Both the position numbers and the translations under genes were made by a program. A DNA stretch of 64,000 bases, taken from assembly GCA_964252035.1 (NCBI GenBank), contig OZ176200.1; one strand, written 5' to 3'. The notes under the pieces are model-generated. The model was not told the DNA's origin. It saw only the letters and a program-made list of their open reading frames with translations, and did not search any database. Below, piece after piece: positions 57,901 to 64,000 of this stretch (its first letter is position 1; every line of letters begins with the position of its first letter). The stretch is from Podarcis erhardii (Eukaryota).

Positions 57901-60581
57901 TGGAGGAAGCAATGAACATTAAACATATGGCGTGGGTGTGACCCAAGGTCATGTGCTGCTGGCTCCACCGAAAGTCAGGAAAAGTCAGAAGGACAGGAGC
58001 CTGAGTGGCTGACTTTCTGCCTCTTTCCTGGGAGTAAATCCTCAGAGAAATTGCCCCCCCCCCAAAAAAAGATAAGCATTCCACTGTTTAAATTCTCATC
58101 TTGCCGCCCTCTGGTGAGCCCTGGGCAGCTGGGAGTCTGCAACATTTGGTGAGTCCCCTCAGAAGAGGCACATCTTGTGCATTTCATCACAGATGAAGAT
58201 CCAGTCCAGTTGCCCCAAATGCGCAGGCACACGCTGGCGCAGCAACCTAACAGTAACAGGCTGAAGTGCTGCCACTGGCAATGGCTTTCCCCTCTGCTCA
58301 CTCTCTCGTCTCCGTCATGCTCTTCTATGTGGTTCTGAGCAGCTATCAAGACTTATGGGATCCATGTGGGAAATCATTCCTGGCACATGCATCCAGCTAC
58401 AACTGGCTTCCTAGGTGACAGGTTGCCCAAGAACAGGCCAATCATACTATCCATCAGGGAACGACAGCTCTCTGAATTCAGGACCAGTGAAACAGATGCA
58501 CTTGTGTGTGTGTGTAAGTTGATACGTGCACGCGCACACACACAGCATCTGATGCACAAAGTCGCCCACCCCTCACTCCCAGATTTCCTGCTGTCCCATC
58601 TCCCAGAAAATTTGCTCTACCAGCTAGATTTCCACGATACTAATAGTGAGGTGAAACACCTTGTGCAGCAATAAATGGAGGTGACAGGATCATTCTGTGA
58701 TAAGTAAGAGATGTGGTGATGCAGGGTGCTGGCACAAGAGAGAGGGTGATGTACACACCCACCCCACCCAGTTTGGCCTTTTCTGTTTTGTACTGGACAT
58801 CATTGAGGTGGGAGGTATCAGAGGCATAAACTCCAGCCAGAAGAAACAAATGCTCCCAACAGCAACTGATCCAGGTGGATTTGTATTCCAGCCAAGCCAG
58901 CTTGCCCAAACAAGACTGGCGCTGGCGGGCAGCCCATGTGCCAGGCCAGAAAGATGTATGAATAGATTAGCTATGCTGTTGGTGGATAATTCCCCCATTA
59001 AGAAAACGGAAATGCAATAAAACGGCAGTAATGGATACCTGGCTGGCATCCCCCCTGTCGGGCACATGGCAATGGGCAAGCCCTGGCTCCAGGATCACAT
59101 ACCCAGCAGCTTCCTACTGTGGCACGTTGGGCAAAGAGGCATCTGGGCAGGCAAAGTGCATCCCTGCTCCGTGGCCAATAGCACAAGCAGCCCAAAATTT
59201 AAGGTGGCCACCTTGCTGGACATCCTGCTCAATATGAGTTGCACTAGGATGGTAGGAAAAAGGGGAAATGGCATTTGGACAAAGAGGTAAGTACCAAGCA
59301 AGAATGGTGTTGCAGCTGGAGGCTGCCAGGAGGCAAATCCCTTCTTAGCAATGAGGATTTGTTGCCTTGGCAATGAATGGGGATACAATAGCCTTGACTA
59401 GGGTGTACGGCCTAACCGGACTCCAGCCTTCTTTACCAGCCAGGGTCCTTCTTTCTCTGCCGCTCTCCATTCTTAGCTGCATATAGGAGGAGAGGGAGAG
59501 ATGTTTTGGATGGCTGTATGCTCCCCACTCCACCATGTGTGTCAGTCTGTTTCCTGCCTGCCTGGTTTGGGATGCAACAGCTCTCTGCTCTGCAGAGGTG
59601 AGAGACTGGCATCCCTGTCCTCAGGTCTAGAAAGCTCATCTCCCCTCAGGCTGCCAAGGCCGCAGGCCTCTGTAGAAACAGAGGAGGAAAGCCTTGAGCC
59701 ATCTGATCAAAGATAAAACATCCTGTTTCCAAGGATGCCCAGACAGATGCTTCTGGACAGCTACCAAGCAGGAAGGATGACAACCCCCGCCCCCGCCCCC
59801 TTCCTTATTTCATCTGGTGCCCTTGCTTCCCAGTCTCGCCCCTGCTGGGAGATCAGCGCTGGAGGGGTAGGGTGGGGTGGGGTGGAAAAGTGGTGGGGTA
59901 CGTTATTACTGGCAGTGATGGGGTGATGACATGCCCTAGCTATGCCTGCTGTGAATGATTCCCGTCCCCCTATTAGTTGAACCGGGGAGCCTCCCCCCCC
60001 CCCTTTCGATCATCCCTGCTTGGAGGCCCCCGAGTGACGTCCAGGCCACGAGGAGCTGCGCTCCTGCCAGGTGCTGACGCGCAGTGCCGGATCATGACGC
60101 AGAGGCGCTCAGCCTCCGTGGCCACCGGGCTTGGGAATGGAGAGTAAAAAGAGCCACGACCCCCAGGATCCATCGCCTCGGGCATCTTAGGGGAAGAAGA
60201 GGCACGGCTCTTCTAATCGCCCCCCATCCCCTCCCGGGCATTTCTTAAAAGCCCCAGACAGCACCTTGCTCATCATCACCTCGAGCCCAGGGGCTTGGAA
60301 GGTGAGCGCAGAGGACCACCGATCTACAACCACCACCCTGGCGTGGCCAACCCCACCCCGGCAACAAGGTGGCACACATCCCGAGACCAGCGGGGAATCC
60401 TACTCCGGGAAAGCCGGGTGGGGCTCCGCGAGGGGTGCGCGTTCATACTTTCCCCTCCGGCGCCCACAACGCCCTGATGATGCCTGCTGGGCACCCCGCC
60501 TGGGCACCCCGTTCCTCCCCTCCCCCGTCCCACGCCCGGACCCGTTACCTGGAGACGCTTCTTCACCCAGATCTTCTTCAT
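599..60581 (-). CDS. SPEG: SPEG, striated muscle preferentially expressed protein kinase; 31 coding exons in window, 3' part continues beyond position 1
   Basis: Exon translations match recalled SPEG motifs ([80 protein letters not shown]). Hand-spliced exons are phase-compatible and sum to 7666 nt with no stop. Confidence 0.97.
3264..3332 (-). CDS. SPEG: SPEG exon, [23 protein letters not shown]
   Basis: 69 nt, TTTCAG/GTAAAC. Confidence 0.96.
3627..3669 (-). CDS. SPEG: SPEG kinase-1 exon, [14 protein letters not shown]
   Basis: 43 nt, TCCCAG/GTAAGT; HPW motif. Confidence 0.95.
5013..5165 (-). CDS. SPEG: SPEG kinase-1 exon, [12 protein letters not shown]...VLVNDR
   Basis: 153 nt, TCTCAG/GTAAGT. 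Confidence 0.97.
5520..5546 (-). CDS. SPEG: SPEG kinase-1 27-nt micro-exon, (W)PVGVITYL(C)
   Basis: TTTTTTTACAG acceptor, GTAAGC donor; fills subdomain IX in frame. Confidence 0.93.
5692..5829 (-). mobile_element. Penelope-like element terminal fragment
   Basis: Minus GTGTATCTGAAGAAGTGTGCATACACACGAAAGCTCATACC...TAAGGTGCTACTGG, resembling squamate Penelope ends as recalled; flanked by a CR1-tail remnant (~5835-5878). Confidence 0.6.
6909..7081 (-). CDS. SPEG: SPEG kinase-1 exon, PENLLL...DFGNAQE...GTPEFVGPE...TDV
   Basis: 173 nt, CCACAG/GTAAAC; DFG and activation segment. Confidence 0.97.
8960..9290 (+). mobile_element. Old L2-like LINE 3' end
   Basis: T-rich tract followed by GTGAACTCCCCTGAGACC...GGGTGGTATATAAAT and an AAT-rich tail. 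Confidence 0.45.
9583..9660 (-). CDS. SPEG: SPEG kinase-1 exon, IRCYMRQ...LHLDIK (catalytic loop)
   Basis: 78 nt, CTGCAG/GTGAGT. Confidence 0.97.
10075..10135 (-). CDS. SPEG: SPEG kinase-1 exon, [20 protein letters not shown]
   Basis: 61 nt, TACAG/GTAAGA. Confidence 0.95.
10136..10322 (-). other. U12-type (minor spliceosome) GT-AG intron
   Basis: 5'ss GTATCCTCT; branch TTTCCCTTGAC with branch A 12 nt from the 3' end; no classical polypyrimidine tract. Confidence 0.85.
10323..10523 (-). CDS. SPEG: SPEG kinase-1 exon, GAFSYVRR...FAAKFIP...IIVME
   Basis: 201 nt; Gly-loop and catalytic Lys (AAK); donor TT|GTATCCTCT (U12-like). Confidence 0.96.
10528..10801 (-). mobile_element. tRNA-derived SINE with (CTT)n tail (Squam3-like)
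   Basis: Minus strand starts GTGTGGTGTAGTGGTTAAGAGC (A box)...GGGTTCGCG (B-box-like) and ends in (CTT)12. Confidence 0.85.
11033..12898 (-). mobile_element. L1-type non-autonomous retrotransposon (1866 bp) with 19-bp TSD
   Basis: TSD CTCTAGAAAACTTGTTCTT at 11014-11032 and 12899-12917; TT|AAGA nick site on minus; CpG-rich 5' end GGACTTCCGG...ATGGCGG; 3' AATAAA + A-rich tail; no RT/EN ORF. Confidence 0.88.
11476..12084 (-). CDS. Intact 202-aa ORF of the L1-type element, unknown function
   Basis: Real ATG in good context (ACAATGG), purine-rich coding-like composition, stop at 11476, lies between long 5' and 3' UTR-like parts. Confidence 0.55.
   Translation of the reverse strand: MAAEGKLLAEIERAFFLVGTLQEQAMAMDKQLTTLISKTSNPADGTKDVTVKDSAVESGKISLELVEEEEGGEKVQTENIKQKSTWSGNKEEVFWITNYGKMRKMRKAKEEVSGYYGTLEIKRAKKHNWDFLLLTDFYDFEYGGSLAEFWQQVFLIRLGVREDDVTVTDIPRDLKTNKKDHQQNSQRETDRDLKASDVRNPS
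13405..13522. mobile_element. hAT-like MITE (degenerate copy)
   Basis: CCTGTGGCCC...ACAACATCT...CACAGG palindromic arrangement shared with copies near 18.8, 45.5 and 57.3 kb. Confidence 0.55.
13625..13718 (-). CDS. SPEG: SPEG exon, (A)VPDADA...YYDVHEEIG (kinase 1 start)
   Basis: 94 nt, CTCTAG/GTGAGG. Confidence 0.93.
14447..14600 (+). mobile_element. tRNA-derived SINE (degenerate)
   Basis: TGTAGCTCAGCAGTAGAG...GGTTCAGTTCCTGG A/B boxes; similar to the copy at 16.8 kb. Confidence 0.6.
14974..15142 (-). CDS. SPEG: SPEG exon, DEVLLTES...ELVVHA (Ig)
   Basis: 169 nt, CAATAG/GTACGT; DSGVYTC motif, translated by hand. Confidence 0.95.
15784..15896 (-). CDS. SPEG: SPEG exon, (E)[10 protein letters not shown]...DIMWYK (Ig)
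   Basis: 113 nt, CCCCAG/GTGAGT. Confidence 0.97.
16302..16474 (-). CDS. SPEG: SPEG exon, SGVVLKD...ISLELA (Ig)
   Basis: 173 nt, TGCCAG/GTATGG; PDDDQ motif. Confidence 0.94.
16800..16952 (+). mobile_element. tRNA-derived SINE (degenerate)
   Basis: ATAGTTCCGTGGTAGAGCA...GGTTCATTCCCTGG; a partial inverted copy lies at ~16635-16690. Confidence 0.6.
17912..18352. mobile_element. Tc1/mariner MITE (441 bp)
   Basis: TIR CCGTATTTTTCGCCC(C/T)ATAGGACGCAC at both ends, TA target duplication (17910-11, 18353-54), CpG-rich interior. Confidence 0.9.
18563..18686 (-). CDS. SPEG: SPEG exon, (G)[14 protein letters not shown]...VTWR
   Basis: 124 nt, TTGCAG/GTAGGG; translated by hand. Confidence 0.94.
18744..18878. 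mobile_element. hAT-like MITE
   Basis: GGAACCTGTG...CACAGGTTCC inverted ends; same family as 45484-45609. Confidence 0.65.
19658..19864 (-). CDS. SPEG: SPEG exon, (D)PAAVTYTIQ...VQLLDR (FN3)
   Basis: 207 nt, TCTCAG/GTAAGG. Confidence 0.95.
20293..20506. mobile_element. Tc1/mariner (Tigger-like) MITE
   Basis: TIR CAGTGGTACCT..GGTTAC / GTAACC..AGGTACCACTG, preceded by TA. Confidence 0.85.
20591..20636. repeat. (TG)n(AG)n compound microsatellite
   Basis: Read directly from the sequence. Confidence 0.95.
21056..21160 (-). CDS. SPEG: SPEG exon, (D)VVPTPPDG...LDSAI (FN3 start)
   Basis: 105 nt, TTACAG/GTAAGC. Confidence 0.95.
21242..21390. mobile_element. Palindromic MITE family (related copies ~9340-9455, 29296-29430, 29942-30092, 35040-35190)
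   Basis: Perfect 15-bp inverted repeat TAAAGCACATTTGAA / TTCAAATGTGCTTTA around a CTACAGTTC-type core. Confidence 0.6.
22184..22303 (-). CDS. SPEG: SPEG exon, (Y)KDVHRL...AHLYVT (Ig)
   Basis: 120 nt, AG/GTAAGG; [16 protein letters not shown] conserved. Confidence 0.96.
23100..23506 (-). mobile_element. 5'-truncated CR1 LINE (ORF2 C-terminus + tail)
   Basis: [27 protein letters not shown]...[10 protein letters not shown] is the CR1 RT C-terminus; (ATTCTATG)n tail. Confidence 0.93.
23742..23971 (-). CDS. SPEG: SPEG exon, [14 protein letters not shown]...DDRRMMQ (Ig)
   Basis: 230 nt, TTGCAG/GTAGGC. Confidence 0.96.
26080..26269 (-). CDS. SPEG: SPEG exon, (G)QPVQEGE...[10 protein letters not shown] (Ig)
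   Basis: 190 nt, ATGCAG/GTGAGT. Confidence 0.93.
27104..27262 (-). CDS. SPEG: SPEG exon, (D)ELTCSAKL...VTWTRF (Ig)
   Basis: 159 nt, TTGCAG/GTAATA. Confidence 0.95.
27868..27937. repeat. (TC)n(AC)n compound microsatellite
   Basis: Read directly from the sequence. Confidence 0.95.
30780..30926 (-). mobile_element. tRNA-head, CR1-tail SINE
   Basis: AGCTGGATAGCTCAGTTGGTTAGAG head and GGGTTGGACTAAATGACC...CCAACTCTATGA CR1 tail; related copy at ~49298-49435. Confidence 0.75.
31524..31784 (-). CDS. SPEG: SPEG exon, (V)[15 protein letters not shown]...KLSTAK (Ig)
   Basis: 261 nt, AG/GTAAGG; very close to recalled mammalian sequence. Confidence 0.97.
32815..32848 (-). terminator. Candidate intronic polyadenylation signal for short isoforms
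   Basis: AATAAA on minus strand at 32843-32848 followed by GTCTGTTTCGTTTGG...GTGCTGTGTGGTTTGTT; first AATAAA I found downstream of the 34155 stop. Confidence 0.6.
34155..34165 (-). CDS. SPEG: Candidate alternative terminal coding exon of short SPEG isoforms (APEG-1/BPEG type), (G)PE*
   Basis: CTGTTTTCAG|GT CCT GAG TGA, phase 1. Gives ...NVQGPE*, similar to the recalled mammalian ...EVRGE*. Followed by ~1.3 kb UTR-like sequence ending in AATAAA + GU-rich tract. Confidence 0.6.
34333..34442. promoter_or_regulatory. Paired CArG boxes (candidate SRF enhancer)
   Basis: CCAATATTGG at 34333-34342 and CCATATTAGG at 34433-34442. Confidence 0.4.
37756..37931 (-). CDS. SPEG: SPEG exon, LKNRHP...EAKLNVQ (Ig)
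   Basis: 176 nt, CTCTAG acceptor, AAG|GTACCT donor; [14 protein letters not shown]. Confidence 0.95.
38589..38677 (-). CDS. SPEG: SPEG exon, VTLSDQ...PKPIVHW (Ig)
   Basis: 89 nt, AG/GTGAGT; not in ORF track, translated by hand. Confidence 0.95.
38968..39167 (-). CDS. SPEG: SPEG exon, (E)SHSRL...SPVTSDEEY...APSFE; contains candidate APEG-1/SPEG-alpha start Met (39046-39048)
   Basis: 200 nt, CTGCAG/GTGAGC; SDEEYLSP conserved. Confidence 0.93.
41904..41991. mobile_element. 88-bp palindromic MITE
   Basis: 16-bp perfect inverted ends GCTGCAATCCTATGCA / TGCATAGGATTGCAGC. Confidence 0.75.
41990..42660 (-). promoter_or_regulatory. Internal CpG-rich promoter candidate (APEG-1/SPEG-alpha)
   Basis: CpG-rich non-coding island in the intron before the exon holding the MKVQP Met; CACGTG at 42364-42369 and octamer ATGCAAAT (minus) at 42336-42343. 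Confidence 0.65.
42904..43086 (-). CDS. SPEG: SPEG exon, (V)SWRKDG...LTVRP (Ig)
   Basis: 183 nt, AG/GTAAGT; Ig I-set W and DAGLYTVC motifs. Confidence 0.95.
43087..44141 (-). other. GC-AG intron
   Basis: Donor AAG|GCAAGT is required for phase; the nearby GT gives a frameshift. Confidence 0.88.
44142..44285 (-). CDS. SPEG: SPEG exon, (E)SSDDSY...[11 protein letters not shown] (Ig start); GC donor
   Basis: 144 nt, CACAG acceptor; the only phase-compatible donor is AAG|GCAAGT. Confidence 0.92.
45484..45609. mobile_element. hAT MITE with 8-bp TSD
   Basis: TIR CAGGTGTGG/CCACACCTG; TSD CCCTATGC at 45476-45483 and 45610-45617. Confidence 0.9.
45953..47346 (-). CDS. SPEG: SPEG large N-terminal Ser/Pro/Arg-rich exon
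   Basis: 1394 nt within ORF 45816..47363; acceptor CTGCAG|CAAC, donor CAG|GTATGG; motifs [33 protein letters not shown]. Confidence 0.93.
49298..49530 (-). mobile_element. CR1-tail SINE plus adjacent CR1 3' fragment
   Basis: AATCATAGAATCATAGAGTTGG tail; second TAAGAAC...CTATCTAGTCCAGC tail. Confidence 0.7.
50760..51102 (-). CDS. SPEG: SPEG exon, (G)ESDTLVDAS...RALSLHV
   Basis: 343 nt, AG/GTAAGT; conserved [12 protein letters not shown] and [13 protein letters not shown]. Confidence 0.95.
51760..52060 (+). mobile_element. Old degenerate CR1 ORF2 fragment
   Basis: Decayed ...LGPVF...RMxxE...[13 protein letters not shown], resembling the CR1 C-terminus. Confidence 0.45.
52241..52286. repeat. 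(AT)23 microsatellite
   Basis: Read directly from the sequence. Confidence 0.95.
53040..53129 (-). CDS. SPEG: SPEG exon, (D)[12 protein letters not shown]...YSSPT
   Basis: CTTCAG acceptor, GTGAGG donor, 90 nt, phase 1-1; matches recalled DSETAEDD...FSTPTG. Confidence 0.93.
54898..54957. repeat. Imperfect (GA)n microsatellite
   Basis: Read directly from the sequence. Confidence 0.9.
57227..57348. mobile_element. hAT-like MITE
   Basis: CAGGCGTAGG...CCACACCTG ends; same family as 45484-45609. Confidence 0.65.
57478..57517 (-). CDS. SPEG: SPEG exon 2 in window, [13 protein letters not shown]
   Basis: Strong polypyrimidine tract + TTGCAG acceptor; donor ATG|GTGCGT; 40 nt, phase 0 to 1. Confidence 0.85.
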
Positions 60582-61320
60582 GTCCGCCCCTCCGTCGCCC
60601 CCTGGGCGCCCTCCACCCCACCCCACCCCCCGGCGGTCAGCGCGATGCGGCGGGGCCGGGCTTGGAGCGCAGGGGCGGCTGGGGCAGAAGGAGCATCACT
60701 CCGCGGGAAGCGGACGCCGGCCTCTCTCCGCTCCTTGCCTCGCCTGCGCTGGCAGAGCTGCCAGCCAGCCCGGAGCCTCGCCCGCCGCCCGCCCGCCCGC
60801 CGGAGACAATGACAGCGCAGGCGGGGAGGTGGGGGGGGGGCTGGGAGGAAGGAGGGGCCAGAGGGAGGGGTTGGAGGGAGGAGCTGGGGGGGAGAGAAAT
60901 GAGAGGGGGTGGCCCCCCACCCCGCAGAAGGGCTGCCTCCCCTCTAAGCCTGGCGGGGTGGGGAGCTTACCCCTCCCAGAGCCACCCTCGACAGCGCCCA
61001 TCAATCCACGGTTGCCATGGAGGGCTTGGAGGTAGGCGAGGGTTTCTGCCCATCTTGGAAGATGGCGAGGTGGCCTCGTGGGAAGGATCGAGGCAGGGAC
61101 GGGCGAAAGGGCAACGCGGTGCAAAGCCAAGGCTCAGCATCGGGACGTGGGTCCCGTCTAGTGGGCATCGGCACTGCCCCGGTGCTTCCCGGCTACACCC
61201 CAAGAGCGCCCTGAGGAAAGCCCCTTGCAGAGGGAGGCGTCTCTCGACAGGAGTTTCCCACGGTACCTGAAGAGAACCTCCACGTTCAAAGGCAGCATAC
61301 CCCCAGTGAGGAAGTGGCGG
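59960..61320. promoter_or_regulatory. CpG island / promoter of the MKKIW first exon
   Basis: Very GC- and CpG-rich relative to flanks; GC-box-like runs; spans ATG 60581. Bounds judged by eye. Confidence 0.8.
60549..60581 (-). CDS. SPEG: SPEG alternative first coding exon, [11 protein letters not shown]
   Basis: ATG in a CpG island, 33 nt, donor CAG|GTAACG. Resembles the MKKLWVKKRFQ N-terminus recalled for the brain-type SPEG isoform. Confidence 0.85.
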
Positions 61321-63363
61321 GGGGGGGGGGCGAGGGACAGGTAACAAGGAAAGGCTGTTGCCTTGTTCTGCCCTGCTCGAGAGCTTCCCACAGACATCCA
61401 GATAACCAGTGCTAAAAGCAGGATGCTGGACCAGATGCAGTTTTCCTCTGTTCTACAAGGCAGTCCTTGTTTCCTCCTGTCTGAAGTTGTGAGGTTCAAC
61501 ATCCCCTCTCTCCCTTCCCCATCCATGGATAAAATCTGCCAGTACACCGCGTGACATTCACATGCAAACACACTACACTGCCCACTACTCTGAGCAGGAC
61601 TACGCTCCCCCATTTTGTGGGTGGGTGTAGTAAGAGTTTTGATCTAGGTGCAGCACAGAACAACACAGAAAAAGCAAAACTCCTGCTCAATTTAGGTTAA
61701 GTGGGAAAGACCAGGAAGGTGTGTTTGTGTGCAATGTGCGTGTGTGCGCGCACACACACAATACTTATGGGTAGAAGGGCTAAAGCAGGTTGCGGGCAAG
61801 GGCTGCATTCCCTTGGTGGAGGGGTCACCAGTTGGAGCCCTCATGAGCCAGAGACAAAGGTGTTTGGGATTATCTGCTCCAGAATCAAGAAAACACCCTT
61901 TTCAATTTTCACAATGGCTACCTCAAATTAAAATGCCCAGACCTGTGCAGATTTATGCAGAAGTAAACCCCACAAGGTTTGATACATAGAACAGAAGACT
62001 ACATATTTGTTCTTTGACATCTGGAAGGGGTAAGAGAAACCTTCTTTGCTCCAAGGTATGCAACAAGGGGAGAAAGCAAGTACATTTATCAAATAAAATA
62101 CTGACCCTTTAACAATCCAGGAAAGATAAGAAGGAAACGAATAGGAAGATTGCATCTGTGATGGAGTGGAAGAGTAACAGTTTCAGAAGACATGGGGTGG
62201 GGAGCACATAAAATGGGGCTGGGGGCTGTACACAGCCCCTTGCCTTTAGTTTGCCATCGTGTGGATTAGAGGCTAACTATCAGATGGCAGCTAATATAAG
62301 GCTACCAGCTTCACAAATAATGCCTCCTCTCACTGTCTCCTGCTCAAAATTTCCACACCTTGAATCCCCACTTTCAGTCAATTGTACTCCTCATATCCAC
62401 TAAACCATTCATTCCTAGCAATCCCTCCAAACAGAAATGGTGAACCAAACATAGCGGACCAAGATCCCACCATAGAGGGTACTTCGTGCAACTTCTTCGG
62501 GGGCCCAGCAGAACCACACAGAACTCTGCCGACACTCCTGGCCCTCTTTCCAGCGATAGGCTTTACCAACACAGCCACTCAGCTCAAGCAGTGCAAAGAA
62601 GGTCAAATCAGGACACTCTAACTCCAGCATAAGATGCATAAACTTAGCGAGAAATGGGAGCACTTCAGGATTGTTACAGAAGGATCACCATGCTGACTCA
62701 GACTACTTCATGCTGGTTCACCTTGGTCAGCATTTTGCCTTGTGCAATGACAGACTCCAGATGAGAAGTTTATAAGCTTACAAGCAGTACAGAATGGCAA
62801 TACCCAACCTGTGAGCTCCCCTGAATGAGGATCTCTGGTTGTCATGCCTTGTGCTGAATCAGACCATTCGTCAATCCAGCTTGGAATTGCTTGCATGGGC
62901 TAACAGTCGCTCTCCAAGGTTTCTTTCCTAGCTCCCCCTGGAGATGCTGAACCTGTGATCTGTCTGTGCAAGGCATGGATCACTGAGCTATGGGTCATCC
63001 CAAAGTGGTTAAACAATCAATCCTTCTTCCCATGGAAATCTGGGGATTGTGGGAGTGTGTGTGGGGGGGTGTTCCTTATCACTCAGCACTCTTAAAAGAT
63101 TACAGTTCATAGGGTTCTTTGGGAGGGAACCATGGATGTTTGCAGTAGTATATTAGTGCTTTTAAATGAATGGTGTAAATGTGGCCAGTGTGTCCACTCT
63201 AGCTTATCTAACCACTATCAACTCTCTTATAAGTATACTCAAGTGTCACCTTCATCTCATTCTCCCTCGGTTGTCCCTCTAGCCTACCTACCAACCAACT
63301 TACTTTTCCCTCAAATGACTCTCTCTTTCTCTCAACATTTCAAAAACAGCAAAGATTCCTGCG

Positions 63364-63730
63364 TCTGATGAAGTGGACAATGGTCTACAAGAAGCCTACA
63401 AAAGTTACCATAGTCTTTAAGATGCCTCAAGAATCTTTGTTGTTTGCACTATTGAAGGCAAGGTAATGTGGATAGACTGCTTCCACCCTCAAATGTATTT
63501 TTTACACACATCTAATGTGTACCCTCAGTTACATATTTAGCATGTTGCAAGTGTGTGAAAGGCTGCTTCCAAAAATGGATCCACTTAGATGTATTTGCTT
63601 TAAAGAGAGGTGGTGGTGATGTGCATATTCTCCCCCCATTTTATCTTCACAACAACCCTGTGAGTTAGGCTTCATGGCTGAGTGGGAATTTGAACCCTGG
63701 TCTCCCTGGTCCTTGTCCAGCACTGGGTTC
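63364..63730. mobile_element. Penelope-like end (~63364-63450) and degenerate SINE (~63610-63730)
   Basis: TCTGATGAAGTGGAC...AGTCTTTAAGATGCC; CACAACAACCCTGTGAG...TTTGAACCCTGG. Confidence 0.5.
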
Positions 63731-64000
63731 ATAAGCCTGAGGGCAGGAGGTGGCCTTACTAAGACATTCTGGGAGCTTCATATAAATAAATATTCTTGTA
63801 GATTTGCAGGACCAAAGCAGGCCATAATTAGATGTGGGGGGTTGAAATTGCATGGAGCGAGTGGCAGTCTGCATGAAACAATATGCCTGCTGCACATAGT
63901 CACACAACATGGTTCCTATCATCAGTAAAAAAATAAAAAATAGTGTGAATTGGGTACTAGCAGATAAAGAAAAGGAACATTAGTTTGAAATGGATCAAAC

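Noticed and set aside
60266-61613. 334-aa and other Pro/Gly/Arg-rich ORFs
   Set aside because: Stop-poor CpG-island sequence with non-ATG starts and low-complexity products.
62200-62310. Near-consensus CArG/MEF2/E-box cluster upstream of the CpG island
   Set aside because: The CArG- and MEF2-like sites each have a mismatch; cannot be supported without conservation data.

Overview
Vertebrate genomic DNA. The repeat content (tRNA-derived SINEs, CR1, Penelope-like ends, hAT and Tc1/mariner MITEs) points to a squamate, probably a lacertid lizard. The whole window is one minus-strand gene, SPEG (striated-muscle preferentially expressed kinase, obscurin/MLCK family). I reconstructed 31 coding exons by hand from ATG 60581 to the large inter-kinase exon ending at 599. 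All phases are compatible and give 7,666 nt (2,555 codons + 1) of open frame: short [11 protein letters not shown] first exon, Ser/Pro/Arg-rich region, Ig domains, one FN3 and an intact first kinase domain. The gene continues beyond position 1, and the canonical Ig-containing exon 1 is not in the window. Notable features: a U12-type intron and a GC-AG intron; an internal CpG promoter and an intronic terminal exon (GPE*, AATAAA at 32843-32848) that fit the short APEG-1/BPEG isoforms; a paired CArG module; a SINE whose (CTT)n tail is the polypyrimidine tract of a kinase exon; a stop-containing decayed exon at 269-388; and a young 1.87-kb L1-type non-autonomous element with a 19-bp TSD carrying an intact, unrecognised 202-aa ORF. 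Homology statements rest on my recollection of mammalian SPEG, not on a search.
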